DNA of 64,000 nucleotides from Eledone cirrhosa (lineage: Eukaryota): assembly GCA_964016885.1 (NCBI GenBank), contig OZ024741.1, positions 328,910,001 to 328,974,000 of the forward strand, in the 5' to 3' direction. The notes under the pieces are model-generated. The model saw nothing but the letters and a program-made list of their open reading frames with translations, did no database searches and was not told the DNA's origin. Within the stretch, counting starts at the first letter, position 1. Each line of letters starts with the position of its first letter. A program made the translations under genes and the position numbers. Positions 13,363 through 24,322 of the stretch are shown here, one piece after another.

Positions 13363-14044
13363 GTTCTTTGAGTCTCAGTCATTGATGTTAGTTAACTGGA
13401 AAGTTTGTTGAAATGCAGCCTCAGATATTCAGGACGTATCGGAGGGTTCTTGCTGTTCCCAGCAAGCATGCCTTTTGAAGCGTTCCAAAAAGCGTGGCGG
13501 GGCCAATTTTCTTTAACCATCCCTGAAAACCTTTTGAGATAGTACCTAGTGCGCCTATGACTGCATGGCAGTTCCAAATCCTTTTTACCGCCCACTTTAA
13601 GTCCTGGTATCGGTTAATTTTCTTCCTCTCCTTCTATTGCACTCTCGTGTCGAATGGGCAGGCCATATCCACAATCAGGCACGATCTTTTTTCCTTGTCC
13701 AAAACCACCAGGTCAGGTCTATTGTGTTCCAGTTTCTTGTCCGTCTGTATCCTAAAATCCCACAGCACCTTCACCTGATCGTTTTCTATCACCGACTCTT
13801 GCTCATACCACTTCTCAGAATGTGGTAAATTGTTTACTTTGCATAGGTGCCAGTGGATCACCCTGCCCATCACATCATGTTTCCAGCCCTTATAGTGAGT
13901 CTGGGCTAGGTGTTTACACTCGGATACAATGTGAGCCACAGTCTCCTCTCTCTCTCCACAGATCCTGCACAGTGGGTTAGCCTCCTCCTTGTAAAAGTGG
14001 TGTTTCAACCACTTCGTTTTGAGGGCCTGCTCCTGCGCAGCCAT
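13363..14044 (-). mobile_element. R4/Dong family B 3' fragment (CCHC + REL)
   Basis: ORF 13634-14077 MAAQEQAL..CRICGEREETVAH..NRPDLVV. More diverged than 5061-6942. Confidence 0.9.
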
Positions 14045-14068
14045 TTTATTATTATTATTATTATTATT

Positions 14069-17000
14069 GAATGCCATGGTTGACGGAGGCTCGGCTCTGT
14101 AAGGTATAGTAATTTTTAACCGTTAAAACAATTGTAAATTGTTTAAAACTTTAACCAAATTGTTGATAAAGACACCCTCCTCCTCGTGAGAGGGGTCGTT
14201 CTGTCTGTTATTTGGCCCTTCGGGGTTAAATAACCAGTTATTGGGGTTTTGTACCCAAAATTTCATTTTAAACAAAAAACAACATGGCTACGAAAAAGAA
14301 ATTTCATACGTCACTCCCACTCATTCCGTCTTCTTCTTCCTCAATCATCACTACAGCAGAGAGAAGATTGTCTCTCTCCCTCCCTTCTTTAAATGTGTCT
14401 CTCTCCCTCCCTTCTCTTTCGCAAGTGACGAAAGAAAAGAAAAGTCTCGTGCAAAGCGTGCAAGGTTTCTCCACGACGACGACAGCGACGAAACAGGTGT
14501 GCGGGAAATACGAAAACCCAGTTCATTCGTCTGACGTCAGGAATAATAGCAGTAGCAGCCGTAATAACAACAGCAACAGTGACAATGAAAACAACAGTAG
14601 CAGCCGCAACAGCATCACCAGCAGCATAAACAACAACAGCATTAGCAGCAGCAACACCAACAACAACCACAGCAACAGCGGCGGAGGCAGTAGTCGTAGT
14701 ACCTGCAGCAACAACAAAAGTACCAGCAGCTCTGACGACAACAACAACAGCAGAGAAAAACCAATCTCATTTGCAGGTATTGCGAAAAACTTGGAAACAA
14801 TCCTCATAACAAATGACGAATTAGAGGAAGCGAAGAAGATGGTGACAAAGAACGGACACCGAGCAATCTGCAAGGCAGCGGAAAAATTTTTCGAAACCCA
14901 AGAGCACTGTACGGTCACGTACCGTACAGTAAGTACAAAATCCCGTAGGGTGGAAAGAGCCACAGAGGCCCAAATACAAAAAGCCTTGGGGTCTGTGTGG
15001 CAGCGGAAAACGCACATCACCCGAGGCAAAAAATATGCCACCGTAGACGTACTTTTTGCCACACCCCAGGAGGCAAAGGCCCAATCAGTAGTGACCCTAA
15101 GGAGCGAGGAAATGGTGTTGGTGCCCTCCTACTGTGGGCAAAAAATTGTGAGGGTCAAACTGACCCACGTCCCCCCCGGATTGACCCCTTCTTGGCTGGC
15201 CGCGTCTGTCCTCGTCGGAATCGAGGACAAAACAACTGTACTGCAAGTACAGAAAAAAGTAAGAGAAGATTGGGTCGGCTCCTCCATTGAGATGCTAAAT
15301 CCAAACCAACCAGGAGTGCATCGAAGCTATCCCGGATGTGATAGACTTCGATAACGGCACTCAACTGCCCATAAGTGTTGAGGGCAAACGCCCGAAATGC
15401 TTTCGCTGTGGATCGAAGACTCACCTCAGGGCCTTCTGCAACGAGAAGACCCTGAGAAAGGAGAAAACCCCCCTCCTTCCGAATCCGGCTCCACGGCTAC
15501 CAGCAACAGGACAAGCGGCAACCAGGAACGATAGGCCCGTGGCACCCATACCCACTCCACGGAAATCAAAAACAGCAGCAGCAGTGGAAATACTAACAAC
15601 AACAACAGCAATACCAAATGCAGCTGCAACAGAGACTCCAGTGCAAACATCACCAACAACAACAAGTGAAAGAGTGGAGTTGGTACCCCTCCCCGACCTC
15701 ACAGAATCAGACATGGAGTGTGAGGTGGGAGAGAGATGGCAAAAGGTCGTAAGAAGGCACAAACGCAGAAGCAGCGCATCGTCGCCTTTGAAAAGGGAGG
15801 AAAGAAATGAGAAAAGGGTAAAGTCTACTGCAAAGAGACCCACAGCAGCAACAACACCAACACCATCACCACCCACACTTCGCACCGATCTTCGGCGGCT
15901 ACGATGTGTACGCATCTCCCAGCCGTCCTGGATCCGGTGGAGGAGTTGCTGTACTTTTTCGGAGAGGTTTGGATCTCGCCATACGGGCCATCTTCCTGGA
16001 CCCAGGGGGTAAGCTGGTGGTGCTGGACGTGACCAGCGGAGACGGGCAAGCTTTCAGGCTAGTGGCCGTCTATGCCCCGACAGGAGCAGGGCGGCCTGAT
16101 TTCTTCCGACGTCTGGAGACCTTTCTTGGAACGTCGCGCTCTTTAGTGTTAGTGGGCGACTGGAACGGGATCTTAGATGCACGCTGGGACTGTGTGGGAT
16201 TAGCGGATAGGGGTGGAGGGTGCAAGAGCCTCACCAACCTGCTCAGGCGTTTTGAACTGTCTGACAGGTACCGATTGGATTTCCCGAATGTGCCAATGTG
16301 GACTTGGACAAACCGCATAGGGTCATCCAGATCATATCTAGATAGAGTATTTTGTAGGGAAATAGATAGGTCTAGCATAGGCTGTCCACAATTCAAGATA
16401 GTCAGCTACACGGACCACAAATTCGTGATCTGTGTGCTTGACTTAGATAGGCTTCATAGACGAGGACCCGGCTACTGGAAGCTAAACGCGTCCTTAACAG
16501 CGCGCAAGGCCTACAGAGACTGGATTAGCGAACTAGTTAAGCGGGCGTTGACGGGGGCCATCGTCAACAACAAGTGGTGGTTTACTCTGAAAAGAGCGAT
16601 TAGAATAGAATCGATTAGATTTAGTAAGGCTTTAGCAATAGAGAAAAATAGAGCAGAGGGAGAACTAGTTAGAAAATTAGACGAGGCGCTTAGCAAAGGC
16701 ATTGCGACCGACGTGCTTGCGGCGAAATTGGCCCTTGACCAATTCTTCAATGCAACGCACGAAGGCTGCGTTGTCAGAGCAAGGGTGCGTGCTCTCAGAC
16801 ACGAGGGGACGAAAGCCGTTCAATGGGCCCGAGTGGCGGAGGCGCGTCGTGGCTACAAAGCCACGATCCGGTCTTTGGTGGACCACGACGGGCGCATGCT
16901 ACTCGATCCCGGGCAAATGTGTGAAGCTTTTCAGCGACACTTCGCTCAGCTGTTCGGGGGCAGCGGTGGGCCGGGTCGAGGGATGGACTTTAGTGTCTAC

Positions 17001-17140
17001 CTCGACGGACTGCCGCGGCTCTCGGCCACTGAGGCGAAGTGTTGCGAAAAGCCGATAACAGCCGCTGAAGTAAGGGAGGCAATGACTGGCTGCACAAGGG
17101 GTAAATCGCCTGGTTTGGATGGTCTGCCCTATGAACTTTA
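14069..17140 (+). mobile_element. Tx1/L1-clade element, 5' end intact, internally deleted and 3'-truncated
   Basis: Near-identical to 21981-25724. ORF1 frameshifted near 15300. Deletion at about 15878 joins the ORF1 tail to APE. Homology stops abruptly after ...GLPYEL. Confidence 0.93.
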
Positions 17141-17196
17141 GATTTGCATTTTTTTATATCTAGGTATAAATATGACAAACCATAATAGTCGACAAA

Positions 17197-17367
17197 TATT
17201 GGTCTCTCTCTCCACTGAACTGGAGGTAAAACTACAATTATAGTATTACTAATAATTGTTTCTACTTTTGGCACAAGGCCAAAAGTAGAAACAATTATTA
17301 GTAATACTATAATTGTAGTTTGAACTCCAGTTCAGTGGAGAGAGAGACCAATAGTATTACTAATAAT
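17197..17367. repeat. Fold-back inverted repeat centred on a SINE 3' end, with 17-bp direct repeat
   Basis: Arms 17197-17272 and 17278-17353. ATAGTATTACTAATAAT at 17240-17256 and 17351-17367. Confidence 0.85.
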
Positions 17368-18806
17368 GATTATAATTATTAATTTATTAAATGTATACCG
17401 TTTCATTAATACCTATAATAATATCTCTATATATTTGTACAAATATGTTTATCTAGTGTAATAACATACTCCTAGTTACATTTATAAATAATTTAGATAC
17501 TCAAATGACTCTATATTGTTATAAGGGTTTGATATTCCCTGGAAGTTCGAATTTATATAATGATTTTTACTTAATTTAATATAATTTAATTTAATTTATT
17601 TTATTTTAATTAAATTTAGAATACCCTCGGCTTTCTCAAATATTTAGCTCCTCTTTCTATCACAAACGCTAAAATATTTTAGACATATCTTTTGCCTACT
17701 ATATATTAAAACCCTATTACAAATATAATATATTTTTAATATTAGGCATTTTTAAGTTTCACAAACAATTAATTATTTTTAATTTTTATATTTATTTTGT
17801 ATCTAGCCCCTATCATTAGGACTTATATAGTTTTGACTTATATGTATATAGTATATATATAAACTAAATAAAAACAATCGATATAAAACATTAATTTTTT
17901 AACATTAATTTTTAAGAATATATTTTAACTATATATATTTTATTTACTATATTATATAATTGTATTATATTATATATATTTGAAAGTGATCACCTTAAGC
18001 ATTTAGACATTATAAACATTATAATCATTGATTAACACATATATATAATTAAAAATTCAGACCACTTTAAGTTTAGTTATAAGGCCGGTTAATCCTTTAG
18101 GCACTCAAACTATTTTATCATAAATTCTTTAATAATTATAACTATAATTATTTTATAAATTATATTAAATAAACTGTTGTCAATATTATAAATAATGTTG
18201 GTAAAGATTACCTTCGTGAGGGTATAAAAGCATTATATATTTTCTTTCTCGTGTTTCGTAAATCCTTTAAATTTGTTTTCAAAAAAATTTGAATTTTAGA
18301 AATTAAACTTGATAGTATAATATAATATTAATACAAATACTTATTAACTTTTAAAACCTAAAATATTACTCATTACTCTGAAATAACTTAGATTGAATAT
18401 TTTGAATAGTAACGGTCAACTAAATAAATTTAGATATATAATACATATATGGGAAATTGTCAATAAACTTGACCATAAATTACTCCCCTTTGTCTCTCTC
18501 TCTCTTTAATCATCTTTCATTTGTTTTTTCGAGCCACCTACTAAATATATTATCACATCAGCTGTTTCTTCCTCTATGCTTTCCTTTCTTTCCTCTTTCT
18601 TCAGTAGTTAAAAAAAAATGTTTCACTGTTATATTGAAGCCAAGTATGTTTTAAGCTGTATTACACGCACTCTCTCTATTGTTTGTATTATATATTTTTC
18701 TCATGTTCTCAATATTAGGGTATAAATATTGAGTTTTGTCATATGTTAATCACTACCATGACTGAATCTTAACCATCTACTATGTCAGGGTATCTCATGC
18801 ATCATT

Positions 18807-18875
18807 TTGTTTTATCTGATGAGGACGTACTGTTGAACTTAACTCAGTACCTCTGAAATATGTATAATAAAATAT
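18807..18875 (+). ncRNA. Type I hammerhead ribozyme fold (PLE terminal-repeat family H1)
   Basis: Stem I GTTTTAT/ATAAAAT, CTGATGA (18816-18822), stem II GGACGTACTG/CAGTACCTCT, GAAA (18855-18858), T-ATGT-A, TA cleavage site after 18866. Confidence 0.8.
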
Positions 18876-19144
18876 AATTGATCACAAGAATATCTATTTT
18901 GTTAATATTTTAAATTAATATTAATAACTCTGGAAAACACCTGCAGTTGAGTGCTTCCAATCTATTGTAAAACTCATTCTTTGATGTATTCATTGAACCT
19001 TGTTTATCTTTTAAATTTATATATAGGAAAAGAGTCAGGACCCGAACGGCTGAGCTCCGGCTATCTCGACAGCTGTATATATATATATATATATATATAT
19101 ATTAAGACCAAGGATTAATATTATTGTTGTTTATTTATATACAT

Positions 19145-19260
19145 CTACAAACGTTTCAATGCAACCAGAATAATTCACCAATAGTGAAGAAAAGCCGAAA
19201 ATGATCATTTAAGTAATTCCACCATAGGAACTTTACTCCAACCGGTATCTCTTCAGGAAT
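19145..19260 (-). ncRNA. Degenerate hammerhead-like motif with long stem II insertion
   Basis: Minus strand reads CTGAAGA-GATACCGG...CTGGTTGCATT-GAAA-C-GTTT-G-TA. Stem I pairing is weak. Confidence 0.35.
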
Positions 19261-19473
19261 TACAATAAAACTATAATTTGCTTAACATCAGAATGCAAAA
19301 TAACAAGAATTACACAAGTTTCCTAGTACATAAGCAGAAAGCAAAAGCATATGCTTGTGAACATAGTTACTAGACATGCAAAATAAAACGTTATGTGTGT
19401 TATTCATACAAATGTTGAAACACATTGAATCTGTCGATTAGTTATACCAAGCGTTTTCGTGAACTAATATTTC

Positions 19474-19765
<292 letters not shown>

Positions 19766-19789
19766 ATTAATATATATAAAACGAAATAT

Positions 19790-21952
19790 TAATATGGTTC
19801 ATTGATTACTCAATGAATACAGTGTTATAATAGATTAAAAGCACTCAACAAAGAAATATTCCTGAAGTTTTAATATTATTCAAAATATTAACAAATGAAG
19901 ATATTCACATAATCAAATTATATGCTTTATTATATATATTTCAAATGTACTGTATTGTTTTTTTCCAGTACGTCCTCGTCAGATAAAATATATGATTTGA
20001 TATATGACATACCTCTACGGTCTTGATATTTCAATTCCAGTATTGGTAGTGATTTATTTCATCAAATCTCAACATTTATATACCACAAATAATAATATGA
20101 TAAACTGAAAGAAGAAAAGGACGCGGAGCGAATTAGAGATATAAGAGAGTGTGTAAAGAATAGGAGATGCAAGAAAAAAATAAGAAAAAGAAAGAGATAG
20201 AATAAAAAATACATATATCAATGAATATGTAGATGGGTGAAAAGGATGAAGAAATATATATAAACAAGAAGAAAAAAGAAAAAAGAAAAAAGAAATAACG
20301 ACAAACGAATAGAAAAAACCGTTGTTTTCAAATATTAGGTCAATTGAGTCAACCAATTAGTTACCATAGACCATTGAATATCTCTAGTACGTGGTTATGG
20401 TTAAGCTAATGATACTAATATAATATATCAAAATTAATCAATATACATTACTTTTCATATCCTTCACATATATAATTAAAAATTTATATAATTTAATTTA
20501 ACTCATTATAGATTTTAATTTCTGGTTTAGGTAATATATTCCATAAGTATTTTGTTACAATTTTTTTTAAAATTATCTTTATAGCATATTTAAATAATTA
20601 TTAAACCTGAATTAAAACATATATTAAAATACATGCATATAACACCTTTATAAAATCTTTCAAATCTTTAATTATCATATAATTACAGGATTGAAATTTT
20701 AGTTAAATTTTGATTTAACTTCAGTAATTGCAAATTATTACAGTTTCCTTTTAAAGAAATTCATATATTATTCAACTATATAATTTATGTCAAAAAATTA
20801 AAATAGCAAGCTATTCAAACAGAATAAAAATATTTACGAAGAATGTAAACAAAAGGAAGATAACTCATTCACCATATTTGAGCATTAAACAATATATCTA
20901 TTCTGAAATCAAGTGATATTTCTAAACCATAAATCAACAATTTTCAAGTTAAATATTGAACTGTCCTGATCAAAAACTTAGGATACAGAGGCTGATATTT
21001 AAATTATTATAATAGATAAAACATCAATACATTATTACTCCGGTAAGGCAAAAATTATAAATATAAATATATTTATAAAAATTATTAATTGTCAATATTC
21101 TTTCGAAACTTGTATAATGCTTGGAATGTTTTCCGGTTCTATGTTGGCAGCTGCTAAATAATTCTTTTTTCTTATTAATTAAATTGTCACAATTTGTAAC
21201 TATCAATAGAGTCTCAAGATTGCAAAGATTGTAATTTGGCTAAATGGAAGCGTTCCGATAGGAATTGGCATTTTCTAGCCGTGTCCAAGGGATGGAGTAT
21301 TTAATATTCTTGTCCTTCAAAGACCATATTAATTGTGAGAGTGAAGTTGAAGATTTTTTGTCTGATTTCGAAAAGGATTTTTTATGATTGTACCAACGAA
21401 GTTTAAACTCAGGTGAAGTCGCACCAATGTAGTTGTATATATTATTATTTGTCTTAATGGTGCATGTATATACTAGATTCTTGCTCAGGCAGTTATTTTG
21501 TAAGGGACATTTTGACTTCCTTCTACAGTTACATTTCTTCTCGATGTTATTTCTGTACCCTAAACTATTCATATTATTATTATTATCTAAGGGTGTTCTA
21601 CTATTATTCGTATTTCAGTTATTATTATTGTTATTCCCATTAAGTAATGTATTATTATTATTATTGTTATTATCGCTATTTAGATTTTGGTTCAAATTAA
21701 GATTTTTACTATATAATTTTGCTATATTTTGAGCAATATTCATAATTGTTGAATAATAGAGTTTAACTGTGTGTCTATTGAAGATAGAGTAATATTTATG
21801 TGATCTATGGAAGCATTTATCCAAGGCTTTAAAAAATAAGTGTGCTAAAGGTGTTTTAATAGTTAAAGATGCTGGTGGAACATACCAGATTATACATCTA
21901 GTTCTTATTTTTTTCCCCGATTTATTCCTCAAGGTGTTGTTTTTATAGTCAA
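19790..21952 (-). mobile_element. Penelope-like element (Naiad-type), 3' portion with 3' UTR and hammerhead; copy 2
   Basis: 20814-21952 duplicates 1-1139. Same GIY-YIG frame (21024-21952) with the same two stops. Hammerhead at 19925-19990 on the same strand marks the likely 3' terminal repeat. Left boundary approximate. Confidence 0.8.
19925..19990 (-). ncRNA. Type I hammerhead ribozyme fold (family H1)
   Basis: Minus strand: TTTTAT-CTGACGA-GGACGTACTG..CAGTACATTT-GAAA-TATATA-TA^ATAAAG. Confidence 0.78.
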
Positions 21953-22193
21953 TATTATTATTATTATTATTATTATTATTGAATGCCATGGTTGACGGAG
22001 GGTCGGCTCTGTAAGGTATAGTAATTTTTAACCGTTAAAACAATTGTAAATTGTTTAAAACTTGAACCAAATTGTTGATAAAGACACCCTCCTCCTCGTG
22101 AGAGGGGTCTTTCTGTCCGTTATTTGGCCCTTCGGGGTTAAATAACCAGTTATTGGGGTTTTGTACCCAAAATTTCATTTTAAACAAAAAAAC

Positions 22194-24287
22194 ATGGCTA
22201 CCAAAAAGAAATTTCATACGTCACTCCCACTCATTCCGTCTTCTTCTTCCTCAATCATCACTACAGCAGAGAGAAGATTGTCTCTCTCCCTCCCTTCTTT
22301 AAATGTGTCTCTCTCCCTCCCTTCTCTTTCGCAAGCGACGAAAGAAAAGAAAAGTCTCGTGCAAAGCGTGCAAGGTTTCTCCACGACGACGACGACAGCG
22401 ACGAAACAGGTGTGCGGGAAATACGAAAACCCAGTTCATTCGTCTGACGTCAGGAATAATAGCAGTAGCAGCCGTAATAACAACAGCAACAGTGACAATG
22501 AAAACAACAGTAGCAGCCGCAACAGCATCACCAGCAGCATAAACAACAACAGTATTAGCAGCAGCAACACCAACAACAACCACAGCAACAGCGGCGGAGG
22601 CAGTAGTCGTAGTACCTGCAGCAACAAAAGTACCAGCAGCTCTGACGACAACAACAACAGCAGAGAAAAACCAATCTCATTTGCAGGTATTGCGAAAAAC
22701 TTGGAAACAATCCTCATAACAAATGAGGAATTAGAGGAAGCGAAGAAGATGGTGACAAAGAACGGACACCGAGCAATCTGCAAGGCAGCGAAAAATTTTT
22801 TCGAAACCCAAGAGCACTGTACGGTCACGTACCGTACAGTAAGTACAAAATCCCGTAGGGTGGAAAGAGCCACAGAGGCCCAAATACAAAAAGCCTTGGG
22901 GTCTGTGTGGCAGAGGAAAACGCACATCACCCGAGGCAAAAAATACGCCACCGTAGACGTACTTTTTGCCACACCCCAGGAGGCAAAGGCCCAATCAGTA
23001 GTGACCCTAAGGAGCGAGGAAATGGTGTTGGTGCCCTCCTACTGCGGGCAAAAAATTGTGAGGGTCAAACTGACCCACGTCCCACCCGGAATGACCCCTT
23101 CTTGGCTGGCCGCGTCTGTCCTCGTCGGAATCGAGGACAAAACAACTGTACTGCAAGTACAGAAAAAAGTAAGAGAAGATTGGGTCGGCTCCTCCATTGA
23201 GATGCTAATCCAAACCAACCAGGAGTGCATCGAAGCTATCCCGGATGTGATAGACTTCGATAACGGCACTCAACTGCCCATAAGTGTTGAGGGCAAACGC
23301 CCGAAATGCTTTCGCTGTGGATCGAAGACTCACCTCAGGGCCTTCTGCAACGAGAAGACCCTGAGAAAGGAGAAAACCCCCCTCCTTCCGAATCCGGCTC
23401 CACGGCTACCAGCAACAGGACAAGCGGCAACCAGGAACGATAGGTCCGTGGCACCCATACCCACTCCACGGAAATCAAAGACAGCAGCAGCAGTGGAAAT
23501 ATTAACAACAACAACAGCAATACCAAATGCAGCTGCAACAGAGACTCCAGTGCAAACATCACCAACAACAACAAGTGAAAGAGTGGAGCTGGTACCCCTC
23601 CCCGACCTTACAGAATCAGACATGGAGTGTGAGGTGGGAGAGGGATGGCAAAAGGTCGCAAGAAGGCACAAACGCAGAAGCAGCGCATCGTCGCCTTTGA
23701 AAAGGGAGGAAAGAAATGAGAAAAGGGTAAAGTCTACTGCAAAGAGACCCACAGCAGCAACAACACCAACACCATCACCACCCACACTAGCGCCACCATC
23801 ACCACCGGCGACAACCCCACCGCCAACAACACCTTCAACACCACCACCACAAGCACCAACATCGCAAACACAACAACAAAACACACACACCCAGCAACAA
23901 CGACAAGAAAATAGCAGAACCACACCCCACCCCCAGAAAAACAAATGCACGGCAATAAATACACACAACAAGAAACTAATGACTTACATAATTGAACACA
24001 CAGACATTTCACAACAGGACTACATAATACCAGCACCAATCAAAACGCCAACTAACATAAGACTGCTAAAAATAGCACAGAAACAATACACAAATATTAA
24101 AACGAAATTCCCCAACGCAGTTGGTGATTTCAGGGACCTAGGAGGAACCATCAATCGAAGAGTATACTCAGACATTCTCTTAGAAGAGCCGACGACCAGC
24201 CGAAGGGACGATTCAACGGTCCCTTCACCAGACGATCAAGTGAAAAGGGATGTAAAAACCATCCCTCCTCTACCAAAAGTACGGTAA
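22194..24287 (+). CDS. Tx1 ORF1 nucleic-acid-binding protein with CCHC zinc knuckle
   Basis: First ATG of the open frame 22161-24287. CFRCGSKTHLRAFC (Cx2Cx4Hx4C), SFAGIAK motif, N/S-rich and P/T-rich low-complexity tracts. Confidence 0.88.
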   Translation: MATKKKFHTSLPLIPSSSSSIITTAERRLSLSLPSLNVSLSLPSLSQATKEKKSLVQSVQGFSTTTTTATKQVCGKYENPVHSSDVRNNSSSSRNNNSNSDNENNSSSRNSITSSINNNSISSSNTNNNHSNSGGGSSRSTCSNKSTSSSDDNNNSREKPISFAGIAKNLETILITNEELEEAKKMVTKNGHRAICKAAKNFFETQEHCTVTYRTVSTKSRRVERATEAQIQKALGSVWQRKTHITRGKKYATVDVLFATPQEAKAQSVVTLRSEEMVLVPSYCGQKIVRVKLTHVPPGMTPSWLAASVLVGIEDKTTVLQVQKKVREDWVGSSIEMLIQTNQECIEAIPDVIDFDNGTQLPISVEGKRPKCFRCGSKTHLRAFCNEKTLRKEKTPLLPNPAPRLPATGQAATRNDRSVAPIPTPRKSKTAAAVEILTTTTAIPNAAATETPVQTSPTTTSERVELVPLPDLTESDMECEVGEGWQKVARRHKRRSSASSPLKREERNEKRVKSTAKRPTAATTPTPSPPTLAPPSPPATTPPPTTPSTPPPQAPTSQTQQQNTHTQQQRQENSRTTPHPQKNKCTAINTHNKKLMTYIIEHTDISQQDYIIPAPIKTPTNIRLLKIAQKQYTNIKTKFPNAVGDFRDLGGTINRRVYSDILLEEPTTSRRDDSTVPSPDDQVKRDVKTIPPLPKVR

Positions 24288-24322
24288 GTGGTCTTTCCCA
24301 TCTTTTCCACTCTATTTTAAAC

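Noticed and set aside
17370-18800. Very AT-rich stretch as a mitochondrial insertion (NUMT)
   Set aside because: No mitochondrial gene, tRNA or rRNA motif recognised. It precedes an H1 hammerhead and is more plausibly a PLE 3' UTR, though unproven.
22085-22115. TCCTCGT loop in the Tx1 5' UTR as HDV-like ribozyme L3
   Set aside because: No P1, P1.1 GG or J4/2 elements could be assigned. A simple hairpin explains it.
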